DNA of 64,000 bases from an uncultured Bacteroidales bacterium (GTDB taxonomy: Bacteria; Bacteroidota; Bacteroidia; Bacteroidales; VadinHA17). Each line of letters starts with the position of its first letter. Position 1 is the stretch's first letter. Both the position numbers and the translations under genes were made by a program. Below the pieces are notes generated by a model, which saw only the letters and a list, made by a program, of their open reading frames with translations, had not been told where the DNA came from and made no database searches. Location: positions 1,183,695 through 1,247,694 of the forward strand of contig OY970346.1 of the NCBI GenBank assembly GCA_963717685.1, in the 5' to 3' direction. Positions 18,944 through 28,416 of the stretch are shown here, in pieces.

Positions 18944-20437
18944 ATGGGAAAGAATCATCAAATTAATCTACATCATTTGTTAGTTGCAATAATCTCAGCT
19001 TTGGTGCTTAACTTGAATATTTATGCACAAAACCAGGGGAATGCGGTTACAGTGAATTGGAGCGATATCGTTATGGTATCAAGAACCACTCCAACCTTGC
19101 AGCTGGTCGAAAATCCCAAGGTTAGGCCTTCGTCACCGATACATGAAAAAGTTTTCAGTGCTTTGAAAAATCTGGGAGCAGCCGATGTCCGCTATGTGCC
19201 ATGGTTCCCCTATCCTAAAATGGCTGTGGCTGAATTAAAACCACCAACTAAAGATAAAACATTCTGGGATTTCTCCTATCTCGATAGCACTATGAATGCT
19301 TTTATGAAAGCTACCAAAGGGTATCCTGTCGTTATCAATTTCAGCACCACTCCGGCCTGGATGTGGAAGACAGAAAAGGAAGTAGCCTATCCCGAAAATC
19401 CTTATCAAACCTGCTGGGACTATAATCAGGGAAAGGAGCTTCGGGATACGACCGTGAAAGAGCTTTCTGGCTATTTTGCAAGATTGTTTAGCTGGTACAC
19501 AAAAGGAGGGTTTACAGATGAATTGGGCAAGTTTCACAAGTCGGATCATTTTTACAGAATAGCTTACTGGGAAGTTTTAAATGAACCTGACGGAGAACAT
19601 CAGATTTCACCTCAGATGTACACCAGGATTTACGATGCCATAGTGTCTGAATTGAAAAAAATATCCCCGGATACAAAGTTTGTAGGTCTTGCTCTGGCAG
19701 GAGAAAATAACCCCGAATATTTTGAATATTTCCTGAATCCAAAGAACCACAAACAGGGAATTCCGCTGGAAGGGATCTCCTATCACCATTATTCTTCCCC
19801 ATCGATTCCCGGCCAGCCACTGGAATGGTACCAGTATACTTTCTTTGAAAAGGCCGATTGTTTTTTAGACAAGGTCCGTTATATTGAGAATATAAGGAAG
19901 CGTCTGGCGCCCGGTACATTTACCATGGTTAACGAGATTGGTGTTATTCTGCAAGATCTGGCAGACCCCTCAATTATTACATCTGAATACTGGAATGTTG
20001 CGGGAACCATGTATGCACATATTTTTCTTGAGTTGACCAGGCTTGGGATTAATGTAGCAGGAGAATCCCAGCTCGTTGGTTATCCTTCTCAATACCCGGA
20101 TGTCAGTATGGTTAACTGGGAAACCGGGAACCCGAATGCAAGATATTGGGTTCTAAAACTTCTTATTGATAACTTTCGACCCGGAGATCAACTTGTTGAT
20201 ACCCATCTTAATACACAGGGCGTAGATGCTCAGGGGATAATAACAAAGACCGGAGAAAAGATCTTATTAATAAACAAAAGGAATGTTGAAGTTGAGCTTA
20301 GATTACCGTCATCTGGTAACAATTACAAAATCAGGTATGTCGATGTTGAAACAGGTGAAAATCCACCGGCTAAAGCTGAACTGAAAAGCGAAATAATTAA
20401 GCTAAAGCCTTTTTCAGTGATTGTAGTTGATTTATAA
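18944..20437 (+). CDS. Glycoside hydrolase, clan GH-A (GH39/GH5-like)
   Basis: Signal peptide, YWEVLNEPDGEH (the NEP acid/base motif) and a TIM-barrel-like pattern. The family assignment is not resolved. Confidence 0.65.
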   Translation: MGKNHQINLHHLLVAIISALVLNLNIYAQNQGNAVTVNWSDIVMVSRTTPTLQLVENPKVRPSSPIHEKVFSALKNLGAADVRYVPWFPYPKMAVAELKPPTKDKTFWDFSYLDSTMNAFMKATKGYPVVINFSTTPAWMWKTEKEVAYPENPYQTCWDYNQGKELRDTTVKELSGYFARLFSWYTKGGFTDELGKFHKSDHFYRIAYWEVLNEPDGEHQISPQMYTRIYDAIVSELKKISPDTKFVGLALAGENNPEYFEYFLNPKNHKQGIPLEGISYHHYSSPSIPGQPLEWYQYTFFEKADCFLDKVRYIENIRKRLAPGTFTMVNEIGVILQDLADPSIITSEYWNVAGTMYAHIFLELTRLGINVAGESQLVGYPSQYPDVSMVNWETGNPNARYWVLKLLIDNFRPGDQLVDTHLNTQGVDAQGIITKTGEKILLINKRNVEVELRLPSSGNNYKIRYVDVETGENPPAKAELKSEIIKLKPFSVIVVDL

Positions 20438-20456
20438 ATACCCCATTCTCCTGCAA

Positions 20457-20510
20457 ATAGCGGTCAAATTACTCCTTTGAAATGTGGTCGAAGTGGTCGA
20501 ATTATCCAGA
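20457..20510 (+). mobile_element. MITE fragment (right-arm repeats)
   Basis: agcggtcaaattactcc..aaatgtggtcgaagtggtcg. Confidence 0.4.
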
Positions 20511-20544
20511 CTATACATCGAGTCTCTTTAATTAATACTTAAAG

Positions 20545-20605
20545 TAGAAAAATAAGGAAGGATTTATAATTGAGGGATGAAAAACAGATAGGGGTATACA
20601 AGAAT
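20545..20605 (+). repeat. Repeat D, 3' fragment D3 (precedes C2)
   Basis: GGAAGGATTTATAATTGAGGGATGAAAAACAGATAGGGGTATACAAGAATGG versus 768-819. Confidence 0.55.
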
Positions 20606-20861
20606 GGTGGTAATTACCACCGACCTTTTCGTTTAAATTTAAACGAATTGTCATAAAATCCGTCAAAAACCTAGCAAGAACCTAGCAAGATGAAAAAACC
20701 AATTATACGAGTTGTCAAGTAATTGATATAACATAATACCACTAGATTTCACCAGGTTGATTCTGGTTGCTTCTGGGACAGTTTCTAAGGATGGCAAGAG
20801 GTGATGCTTGGCAAAAAATGATCTGTCACCAGGAACCTTAAAACATAGTAAAAATGGATAA
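20606..20861 (+). repeat. Repeat C, copy C2 (abuts M11)
   Basis: Same head and body as C1. Confidence 0.7.
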
Positions 20862-20999
20862 TGTAAAATCCAACCTTCTTTGACCACACCAAAATTCGGT
20901 CTGCTTTCACCGAACATACAATACAAAACAACAAGGATTTAACTCCCATATGAAGAGCGGTCAATTTATTACGGACAACTGGGGACAGTGGCTTTTCCA
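20862..20999 (+). mobile_element. IS21-like MITE, full (M11)
   Basis: TGTAAAATCCAACCTTCTTTGACCACACC .. GCGGTCAATTTATTACGG .. GTGGCTTTTCCA. Confidence 0.75.
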
Positions 21000-21006
21000 G
21001 AAATTA

Positions 21007-21292
21007 TTAAATCTTTATCCCAATCAGCAGAACATCGTCGGTTTGTTCATTTTTCCCTTTCCATGTCTCAAAAGCAGATTCAAGGATAATTTTTTGTTGA
21101 TCCATAGGAGTGTTGCATAGCTCTGTCAAAAGTTTCCTAAGCCTGGAATACATAAATATTTTATTATCTGAACCACCAAATTGATCAGCAAAGCCATCGG
21201 TGAAAAGATAGATAATATCGTTTCTATTTAATGTAAATGTATGATTGGTAAATGGTTTAAAATATTCATCTACTCCTATAGGTTGTTGCAAA
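21007..21292 (-). pseudogene. C-terminal remnant of a SpoIIE/PP2C phosphatase, truncated by a MITE
   Basis: PIGVDEYFKPFTNHTFTLNRNDIIYLFTDGFADQFGG..QTDDVLLIGIKI aligns with the C-terminus of the 716-aa protein at 50373-52523. The upstream 44 codons of the track ORF are MITE sequence. Confidence 0.8.
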
Positions 21293-21425
21293 AGCCGGAG
21301 AGCTTGACCACATTTGGCCGATAGAAATGCAATTACTATAAATAACTTAGCAACAAGAACATAGTTCCGGCTATGGGTGGTCAATATACTCCGGCTAAAA
21401 GTGGTCAAGGCCATTGGCTTTTCCA
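21287..21425 (+). mobile_element. IS21-like MITE, subfamily 2 (M12), 139 bp, identical to M18
   Basis: TGCAAAAGCCGGAGAGCTTGACCAC .. GGGTGGTCAATATACTCCGGCTAAAAGTGGTCAAGGCCATTGGCTTTTCCA. It truncates a SpoIIE gene. Confidence 0.8.
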
Positions 21426-21679
21426 CTCATAAGAGACCGTTTAATGAAGTTTAGAAGAACTGTTGGCCCGGAATGGATTATTGAGGGTGAAAAACTATGA
21501 AGTGCTTAATCCAGATTAAAAGGACCAATCTGCAAGAGGTTTTTAGACAGCTGTTGGGCATTCTCCGATGCAACCTTTTTGAGAGTTTTTAAATCTCAAT
21601 AAATAATCTAAAAAGATAGATTATGAAAATACGATCAAATTTAGTCCTACTTTTATTTTAAATTCTTCTATGCTATAAA

Positions 21680-22129
21680 ATGCGAAGCCAAATGAAATAT
21701 ATTATCGCAATCATCTTAGTATTTATAGTCTTTGCCTCGAGTTTTTGTAAAAAATCCCCTGTAAATGATTCTTCACTTATTGGGAAATGGAATATTATAA
21801 ATGACTCGACTTCGTTGCAAGGCGTTGGGCCACTCCTGACAGATATTCATTCAAACTACATCGGAGTCCAGACAGATTATTACAATTTTACATCAGAGGG
21901 TAATCTTTATGTAAAGGAAGGAACTAGTTTAGACACGTGTACATATACATTTGTGTCAAGCAATCAAATAAATATCATTGCATTTTACGTTGATGGCACT
22001 GAGTTTCTGGGCGGCGCAAGCATGGGTACTTATGTTATTGCAGGTCTGACGGAAAATAGTGTAACTTTAAGATTATCAGAACTGACTCCTGATGGAGAAG
22101 AAATTAAAATTATTAATTTAGAAAGGTAG
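21680..22129 (+). CDS. Small lipoprotein (149 aa), copy in the left inverted repeat
   Basis: Signal and lipobox IVFASSFCKK. The protein is identical to the one at 37662-38111. Confidence 0.65.
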   Translation: MRSQMKYIIAIILVFIVFASSFCKKSPVNDSSLIGKWNIINDSTSLQGVGPLLTDIHSNYIGVQTDYYNFTSEGNLYVKEGTSLDTCTYTFVSSNQINIIAFYVDGTEFLGGASMGTYVIAGLTENSVTLRLSELTPDGEEIKIINLER

Positions 22130-22185
22130 TATTGGAATAAAATATTTAAAACGAAGATAAATACTGCCCGCTAACACGGACAATG

Positions 22186-22360
22186 TTATGAAAACCAGAG
22201 TCCTGGGTTATCATAATTAAAAATACTCCTTGATAATATTTAAAGACATTAACTGATTTAAAAATCCTGATTCAAACACTTCAAACCGGTTAATCCAGCC
22301 GGTTTTTTTATTGATCTATTTAACAATCCGTTTAAATTTAAACGAAAAGGTCGGTAGCAG
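22186..22360 (-). repeat. Repeat B, copy B3 (inner end of the left inverted repeat)
   Basis: Reverse complement of B. Confidence 0.7.
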
Positions 22361-22614
22361 TTAACAACATTCTATTTCACATTAAAATTTTCGATTAAAT
22401 TCGTAGTTAAAAGCAAAAATTGATTTGATATTGAAAAACCAACAGATAAGTGCCCATTTCTAATTCAACTTGATTATTGATACCTATTTTTGCCGTTAAT
22501 CAAGAATGCACCAAGAGCTTAATTTGTTTAGTACTATGTTCTTTCCGCCATCATGATATCAAAGATCCATGAAGAAATATTTTTACAGAGTTACCAATTA
22601 AAATAAAAGAAAAA

Positions 22615-23349
22615 ATGATCATGGAAAAGTCACAATTCAATTCAGTCAACTCAAATATGAAAGGATTGTATAGAATGGGCGGTATATCTGCAATTGTTCT
22701 GGGTATGTCATATATAATCATTACTGTTTTGTATGCATTGAGCGGAGCTCTGCCGAGTGGAGGCGAGGAGTGGCTCAATCATATCTCTCGGCACATATTG
22801 GAGTGGCGTGCAATTCTTGGATTATCTGTCCTGACGGACTTCCTATTCATACTTGTTGCCTGGTCACTTTACATCGCGTTGAAAGAGGTCAACAGAAATG
22901 CCATACTAGCAGGTACCGGCTTCGTGGGATTGTTCGTTGTATTGGACTTGGCAGTCACATGGCCAAATTACTCATCGCTCATTAATCTTAGCTGCAAGTA
23001 TGCTGCAGCCATCAATGATACACATCGGGTTGCCCTTGTCGCGGCTGCAAATTATGCGGTTGGAGTACTATCATCCAAATTATTTGCTGTCTATGCAATT
23101 CTTGTGCCCGCCTTAGGGATTCTTATAATAGGATTTGTAATGATAAAAGGTACTTTTAGCAAGGTTACGGGCTATTTAGGAGTGGTCACGGGAATCCTCG
23201 GGATAATTTCAGTGGTAGGTCCGTTTTTCATTGCTGCTCTAGGTATAACAACAATCATTACTTCTGTTCTCACAACACTCTGGGTTTTATTTGTAGGCTA
23301 TAAACTATTAATACTTTGTCAGCAGAACACAATCTCGAAGAGCCGTTGA
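22615..23349 (+). CDS. Polytopic membrane protein (about 6 TM)
   Basis: Repeated hydrophobic segments. Possibly DUF4386-like, but unverified. Confidence 0.6.
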   Translation: MIMEKSQFNSVNSNMKGLYRMGGISAIVLGMSYIIITVLYALSGALPSGGEEWLNHISRHILEWRAILGLSVLTDFLFILVAWSLYIALKEVNRNAILAGTGFVGLFVVLDLAVTWPNYSSLINLSCKYAAAINDTHRVALVAAANYAVGVLSSKLFAVYAILVPALGILIIGFVMIKGTFSKVTGYLGVVTGILGIISVVGPFFIAALGITTIITSVLTTLWVLFVGYKLLILCQQNTISKSR

Positions 23350-23362
23350 TAAAGAAGTCAAA

Positions 23363-23506
23363 TAGGAAAACCATTGCCCCATACCCTATCTGGCCAGCAT
23401 AAATTGACCACCCAATAAAGGGTAGTTAAAAACTTGTTGTTTTGTATTGTATGTTCGGTGAAAGCAGACCGAATTTTGGTGTGGTCAAAGAAGGACGGGT
23501 TTTGTA
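23363..23506 (-). mobile_element. IS21-like MITE, full (M13)
   Basis: The reverse complement contains all blocks, and the plus strand ends ..GGTGTGGTCAAAGAAGGACGGGTTTTGTA. Confidence 0.7.
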
Positions 23507-23650
23507 TTATTCATTATTTCTACTATGTTTAAGGTTCCTGGTGACAGATCATCTTATGCCAACATTCTCCCCTTCCCATCCTTAGAAACTACTCCAGAAG
23601 CAACCAGAAGCAACCTGGTGACATCTGGTGGTATAATGTCATAATAATTA
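23507..23650 (-). repeat. Repeat C, partial copy C3 (abuts M13; the palindrome head is missing)
   Basis: Reverse complement of the C body. Confidence 0.55.
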
Positions 23651-23740
23651 CATGATAACCCATCAAAAAAATCACCAGCTTTGCAGACAGGTGGTCTTTT
23701 TGCTCGCCCTAATTTCACGAAAACAGGAATATAAAAAGTT

Positions 23741-24499
23741 CTATTTTATAAATTTGAACTCTCTCCATTCGCTCCATTTTCCACCTTTGCCTTCTACAAA
23801 TGCACGAACTCTCCAGCGTCCGGGCTGTGCTCCCACAAAAGTAATCTCGAAAGCGTTTGGAATAACCATCTGGACATACTGGTTCTTCCAGGCTCCATCA
23901 TTATACTGAACCTGTATCTGATACTGTCTGGCTCCTTCAATTTTATTCCATCTGAATATAAATCTCCGTGGAAAAAAGTCAAGTGTTGCTCCTGCGGCCG
24001 GGTATGTCAATTCAGGAGCGGGTAACTCCTGTTCGGTCTTACTACCTCCGGCATTCGTCTTTGTTCCGGTGCTCGTTCCTGAACTTCCTTCCTTTGAAGT
24101 TTTATATCTGAATACCCATACATCACTCCATATTCCCGGCTTGCCGTCCTCATAGATTGCACGTACTGCCCAATGGCCTGTATTATCGCCAATAAAATTT
24201 ACAGTTGCGGTCGTACCTGCAACTTTTAAAGTTTTGAGCGTTTTCCACTGCCCGTCAAAGTAATCAACACGCAGTTCATACGATTTTACTCCAGATAGTG
24301 CCTCCCATTCGAATTTTGTCTCCCTTGGAAAATTTTTAAGGATCGCTCCATTATCAGGCTTAATTATTTTTGGCTGCACGCCTCGATGCAGATTAGGATC
24401 ATTTTTGAATTCCTGGCCGCTTAGTGAAGTGCCAGAAGCCAGCAGAAATGTACCGGCAGTGATTACTCTAAGAAAAAGACAATAGGATTTACTTTTCAT
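23741..24499 (-). CDS. Secreted protein with two tandem ~95-aa Ig-like domains
   Basis: Preferred ATG at 24499 (MKSKSYCLFLRVITAGTFLLASG). The domains repeat the pattern P..GA.L..FPR...F.W....G...Y...V.Y.DG.WK. The track's N-terminal extension reads into a MITE. Confidence 0.65.
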   Translation of the reverse strand: MKSKSYCLFLRVITAGTFLLASGTSLSGQEFKNDPNLHRGVQPKIIKPDNGAILKNFPRETKFEWEALSGVKSYELRVDYFDGQWKTLKTLKVAGTTATVNFIGDNTGHWAVRAIYEDGKPGIWSDVWVFRYKTSKEGSSGTSTGTKTNAGGSKTEQELPAPELTYPAAGATLDFFPRRFIFRWNKIEGARQYQIQVQYNDGAWKNQYVQMVIPNAFEITFVGAQPGRWRVRAFVEGKGGKWSEWREFKFIK

Positions 24500-24585
24500 A
24501 TTTACCTCCAACCTTAATGTTTGATTCTTAAAGATATTAAAATATTCAATAAATATTTTTGGATAATCAATAAGTGTTTGATTTG

Positions 24586-24726
24586 TGGAAACGCCAGTAT
24601 CCTTGCCCATAGTTGTCCGTAATAGATTGACCACCCTTTAAAGTGGAGTTAAATAATTGTTGTTTTGTTTTGTATGTTAATGGTAATATGACCCACCAAA
24701 TGTGGTCAAGACCTCCAGCTTTTGCA
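24586..24726 (-). mobile_element. IS21-like MITE, full (M14)
   Basis: TGGAAACGCCAGT .. ATTGACCACCCTTTAAAG .. CCAAATGTGGTCAAGACCTCCAGCTTTTGCA. Confidence 0.75.
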
Positions 24727-24973
24727 ACAACATTTATTTGACTCATTTATAAGCGTTTTGTAATTTTATAAAAAATTGAAATCATGCCTAAGAGAATTAA
24801 GATTGTACTTACTTTCATTTTAGCTTTATTGCTGCTGGTTATAATTGGCTCAATCTGTAATTGGGCTTATGTTAAAATTAAGCATGGAATCGGGAAAAAT
24901 ACTCATCCGGTAGATTCGATAGAGAATAAAAAATAGTAAGTCAGAACAATTCACTCCTCAAGCTTTTACTGAA

Positions 24974-25070
24974 TTCGATTCCGGCAGGGCCCACTTCAGT
25001 AAATCAACCACTTACGAGGAAAATCAGTAAGTGGTTTTTTATTTTACGCCAGGTTTACGCCAGGTTTTTG
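24974..25070 (+). repeat. att-like unit i: tRNA-3'-end-like stub, hairpin, and 2x ACGCCAGGTTT
   Basis: ttcgattccggcagggcccact .. aaccacttacgaggaaaatcagtaagtggttttttatttt acgccaggttt acgccaggttt. Confidence 0.6.
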
Positions 25071-25092
25071 AGAGATTCGTTTAAATTTAAAC

Positions 25093-25385
25093 GAATTTTG
25101 GAATGAACTATCACACTTTTTATACCTGCATTACCTGTCCCTATTTCTTTCCTAACCTTCATTTATTATCACTGTCTTTCTATAATAAATATTAAATAAA
25201 ATTCCCTAAAAAGTCAACTGATTTCAACTGATTTATCTTTTTCCCCTTCATCGTTCTTAGGAATTTATTTAACTTGTATTGGATAAAAGAAGGTCATTCG
25301 TCAGACACACACAATAGATCGATATTAGAGAGGTTTTGATAAGGTTTTTCTCCTGTGACTGACGGGGCGGAAGCATACCTGAAGA
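25093..25385 (-). repeat. Repeat D, copy D2 (inverted relative to D1)
   Basis: The reverse complement aligns with 575-870 at roughly 85% over the first 140 nt. Confidence 0.65.
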
Positions 25386-25448
25386 GAAGAAAAAAGAACA
25401 AAGAAGATAGATCTATGATATATATGATTATTATTAACTTCAAAAATT

Positions 25449-25892
25449 ATGAGAGCGTGCATTTTATTTGTGGGTTTTATTATAGCATTTGCATCTTGTA
25501 ATAAAGATGACAATAATGATTCTACCAAGGTTTATAATGATTCAAAAGGCACTTCGCTTAGTATTTCATTTTCTAAATGGTTTATATCTACATATAATGA
25601 TTCAGCAGGTGGTTTTTTTGCTCTGAATTTGATAGTTTCTGGCTCAACCAATGCGGATAGGATAACTGTGGAAACTTATAATGGACTAACCCAATGGAAA
25701 GAGCTTATTGGTGAACATGATGTTTTATTAGATTCAAACAAGAGTTTTAAAAAAGATACTATTGGTATTGCATTTGTATATTATTCAGGTACCCAACCAA
25801 CTGGAGCATTTGCCACTAATACTGTAATTACTGCTTATAAAGGGTTAGATACATTAGCGGTTACATTAAATAGTGGGACATTGAACTATTGA
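25449..25892 (+). CDS. Hypothetical lipoprotein (147 aa)
   Basis: Lipobox IIAFASCNK. Confidence 0.55.
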   Translation: MRACILFVGFIIAFASCNKDDNNDSTKVYNDSKGTSLSISFSKWFISTYNDSAGGFFALNLIVSGSTNADRITVETYNGLTQWKELIGEHDVLLDSNKSFKKDTIGIAFVYYSGTQPTGAFATNTVITAYKGLDTLAVTLNSGTLNY

Positions 25893-26151
25893 TAAATTCA
25901 TGTTGAATTAAACCCCTCTGGCAATATCCTATGGGGATTAGAGTGGTTTTTTTATGCTATGCTCATGTGACTGACGGGGTGGTGCTGTAAGAAGACTATA
26001 CTAAAACCCTGGGATTTGAGAGTTGAATAACTAAGAAAAAAGGTGGTGATTTTATTGAATTACTTTTATCCATTCTGGATGAATAAGATTAATTTTATTT
26101 ATTCAATAAACTAGTTATTAGGCATTTTCTCCTACTCCAAACATAATTACC

Positions 26152-26622
26152 ATGAAAGAAGCATTATCAATCACGAATGAAATTCTCGATCTCATTAAGA
26201 CTTGGGAACCAAAACTTGAATCTTTCCCTGATGAGAAAATCAAAGGACCAAAAAATAATCAAAATAGATCTATAAAAATGATTCTTGGCCATTTGATTGA
26301 TTCAACATCAAATAACATTCATAGAATAATCCATCTACAAAATCTGCCAAGTCCACTTTCCTTTCCAAATTATGCTTCATTGGGAAACAATGACAGGTGG
26401 ATTTCTATTCAGAACTATCAAAACGAAGACTGGTATAATATGATTCAACTTTGGAAGTACTCAAATTTCCACCTTTGTCATATAATTAAGAATGTAGATG
26501 ATGCCAAACTTGAAAATAAGTGGATTGCTGGACCAGACAGATTGATTTCTTTAAAAGAAATGATTATTGACTTTTTAAGACACTTCAAATTGCATCTTTC
26601 CGAGATTAATGATCTTATTTAA
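26152..26622 (+). CDS. DinB-family (DinB_2-like) four-helix-bundle protein
   Basis: ILGHLIDSTSNNIHRIIHLQ and FLRHFKLHLSEI, a His-triad pattern typical of the DinB superfamily. Confidence 0.6.
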   Translation: MKEALSITNEILDLIKTWEPKLESFPDEKIKGPKNNQNRSIKMILGHLIDSTSNNIHRIIHLQNLPSPLSFPNYASLGNNDRWISIQNYQNEDWYNMIQLWKYSNFHLCHIIKNVDDAKLENKWIAGPDRLISLKEMIIDFLRHFKLHLSEINDLI

Positions 26623-26769
26623 TCTCCACATAATCAAGATTTAATATATAATTCTTAAATTAACAACGTCTTATAATACATAAGGCTTCATACGGTGCGT
26701 AGCACCCAGTTATGGAGCCCCGGTTGAACTAAATCCCTTAATCCCTTAATACCATTCTTTTATTAAAAC

Positions 26770-26860
26770 GCTGGTTCGATCCCAGCTGGGCCCACTCTTG
26801 AAAATCAACCACTTACAAGTTTTTTTCGTAAGTGGTTTTTTATTTTACGCCAGGTTTTGG
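26770..26860 (+). repeat. att-like unit ii: T arm plus acceptor fragment, hairpin, and 1x ACGCCAGGTTT
   Basis: gctggttcgatcccagctgggcccactcttgaaaatcaaccacttacaag ttttttt cgtaagtggttttttattttacgccaggttttgg. Confidence 0.7.
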
Positions 26861-27042
26861 ATAAAAATCGGGTGTTTTTGACCTAAAAAATGAGTTGGAA
26901 ATATTCCTCCTCCTACAAGAGCATCATCCAACAAACACTGATGCGGTATAAATACTGTCAATTATCTGTATATTGATACATTATAAAAACAGAATGCCCA
27001 AAAATTTTAAATCTTGGGGCAAATATTTGGAGTTAAGAACCA

Positions 27043-27543
27043 CTATTTTATTCGTGTAAATGTATAGGTGTTAAGAAGTTTCCCATTCATAATAATTGTT
27101 TGTGTTAACATATTGGGTGATTTAATTTCAATTTCACATTTTAATGATGCGTTGTCAGGACTCGTAATATCACTATAAAGAATTTCTATTAATTTATTAT
27201 TTGATATAAACCACAGCACATATATTCCGATATCCTGTCCTTTTTCCAGACTAGCCTCAACGATTTTATCAATTTTCTTATCATAACCCCAAAGTTGCTT
27301 CCTTTCCATTACAATTTTTCCTTTGGAAATCTCTTTCCAATTACTCTCTAAACCTGTTCCAAAAGGTTTAGCTTCCCATAAGCCAGTTGTGTCCTTATTT
27401 CCCCAATCACATTTCCAAGAGCCTATTAACTGCTTCATTAACTCAACCTGATTAAGTTTTGGTTGAGTTGTTTGTGCCTGAATTTCTGATAAACCTATGA
27501 GCAGAAATCCAGTAATTACCAGAATAAAAATAGATTTTTTCAT
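27043..27543 (-). CDS. Secreted hypothetical protein, paralog of 49164-49661
   Basis: Preferred ATG at 27543 (MKKSIFILV..). About 50% aa identity by eye to the 165-aa protein at 49164 (QAQTxQPKLNQVELMKQxIGxWK..). Confidence 0.6.
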   Translation of the reverse strand: MKKSIFILVITGFLLIGLSEIQAQTTQPKLNQVELMKQLIGSWKCDWGNKDTTGLWEAKPFGTGLESNWKEISKGKIVMERKQLWGYDKKIDKIVEASLEKGQDIGIYVLWFISNNKLIEILYSDITSPDNASLKCEIEIKSPNMLTQTIIMNGKLLNTYTFTRIK

Positions 27544-27635
27544 ATGATTAAAATTGGTTTTAATAATTAACTGTAAATCAAAGACATTGACTAAATTACG
27601 CAATTATTAAACACAAGTCAATTAATTCTTTATTT

Positions 27636-27740
27636 CACCACAATCACCCCAACCCGGAGTTATGGAGTTATTGTTTTGTTTTGTATGTTCGTTATTATGT
27701 GACCGGTTTTTGAGATGGTCAAAGAAGGACGGATTTTACA
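27636..27740 (-). mobile_element. MITE, partial (M15)
   Basis: .. TGACCGGTTTTTGAGATGGTCAAAGAAGGACGGATTTTACA. The other arm is degraded. Confidence 0.6.
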
Positions 27741-27990
27741 TTATTCATTATTTTTACGATGTTTTAAGGTTCCTGGTGTCAGATTATCTTTTGCCAACTT
27801 TCTCCCCTTCCCATCACCAGAAATAGTAACAGAAGCAACCAGAATCAATCTGGTGACATCTGGTGAATTAGGTCATATTAATTACATGATAAAACATCCA
27901 AGCGGTTTTGGCTTGTTGCTTGGTTTTTGATGGATTTTATTACAATTCGTTTAAATTTAAACGAAAAGGTCGATGGTTTTAACACCACAG
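27741..27990 (-). repeat. Repeat C, copy C4 (abuts M15)
   Basis: Full body plus ATTCGTTTAAATTTAAACGAAAAGGTCG. Confidence 0.7.
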
Positions 27991-28020
27991 TTCTTATAAA
28001 TTAGGGGTAGTAAATTATAG

Positions 28021-28111
28021 CCCATCTGAGCCCACTCCTGAAAATCAACCACTTACGAGGAAAATCAGTAAGTGGTTTTTTATTTTACGCCAGGGTTACG
28101 CTAGGTTTTGG
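28021..28111 (+). repeat. att-like unit iii (diverged stub)
   Basis: cccatctgagcccactcctgaaaatcaaccacttacgagg..gtaagtggttttttattttacgccagggttacgctaggttttgg. Confidence 0.6.
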
Positions 28112-28416
28112 AGTGATTTTGTTTAAATTTAAACAAACATCAACATGAATTAACTTTATTTTAATATGGACTGATCTTAATAAAATCCAACTTGACTTTG
28201 ACTAAATCTTGCCCCGGGAATGGGGTATATTATAGCCACTCGCAAACAAATTATAGCTGTAAGGTTAAAGACTTTCCCTTTTGTACATTTGAGTTATTCT
28301 TCGCAAATTTGATACAACATCATAAGAAATGTGATTTTAGATTACGGATGTTTGATATTAATTTAACTCTAAACCTCATTATCTCACTTTCACATGTCAA
28401 TTAAAAACTTAATAAA

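Larger units (their letters stand above)
21556..22360 (+). repeat. Left arm of a near-identical inverted repeat (core 21556-22185, then a repeat-B copy)
   Basis: It is the reverse complement of 37430-38234. Only a handful of mismatches are seen in the ~630-bp core. Confidence 0.8.

Noticed and set aside
23741-24634. N-terminal extensions of track ORFs (23741-24634, 27043-27603, 37662-38168, 8585-9382, 7704-8522, 36619-37131, 10945-12573)
   Set aside because: The extensions run into MITEs or repeats, or use GTG/TTG codons. An internal ATG is immediately followed by a canonical signal peptide or lipobox, so shorter coordinates were preferred.
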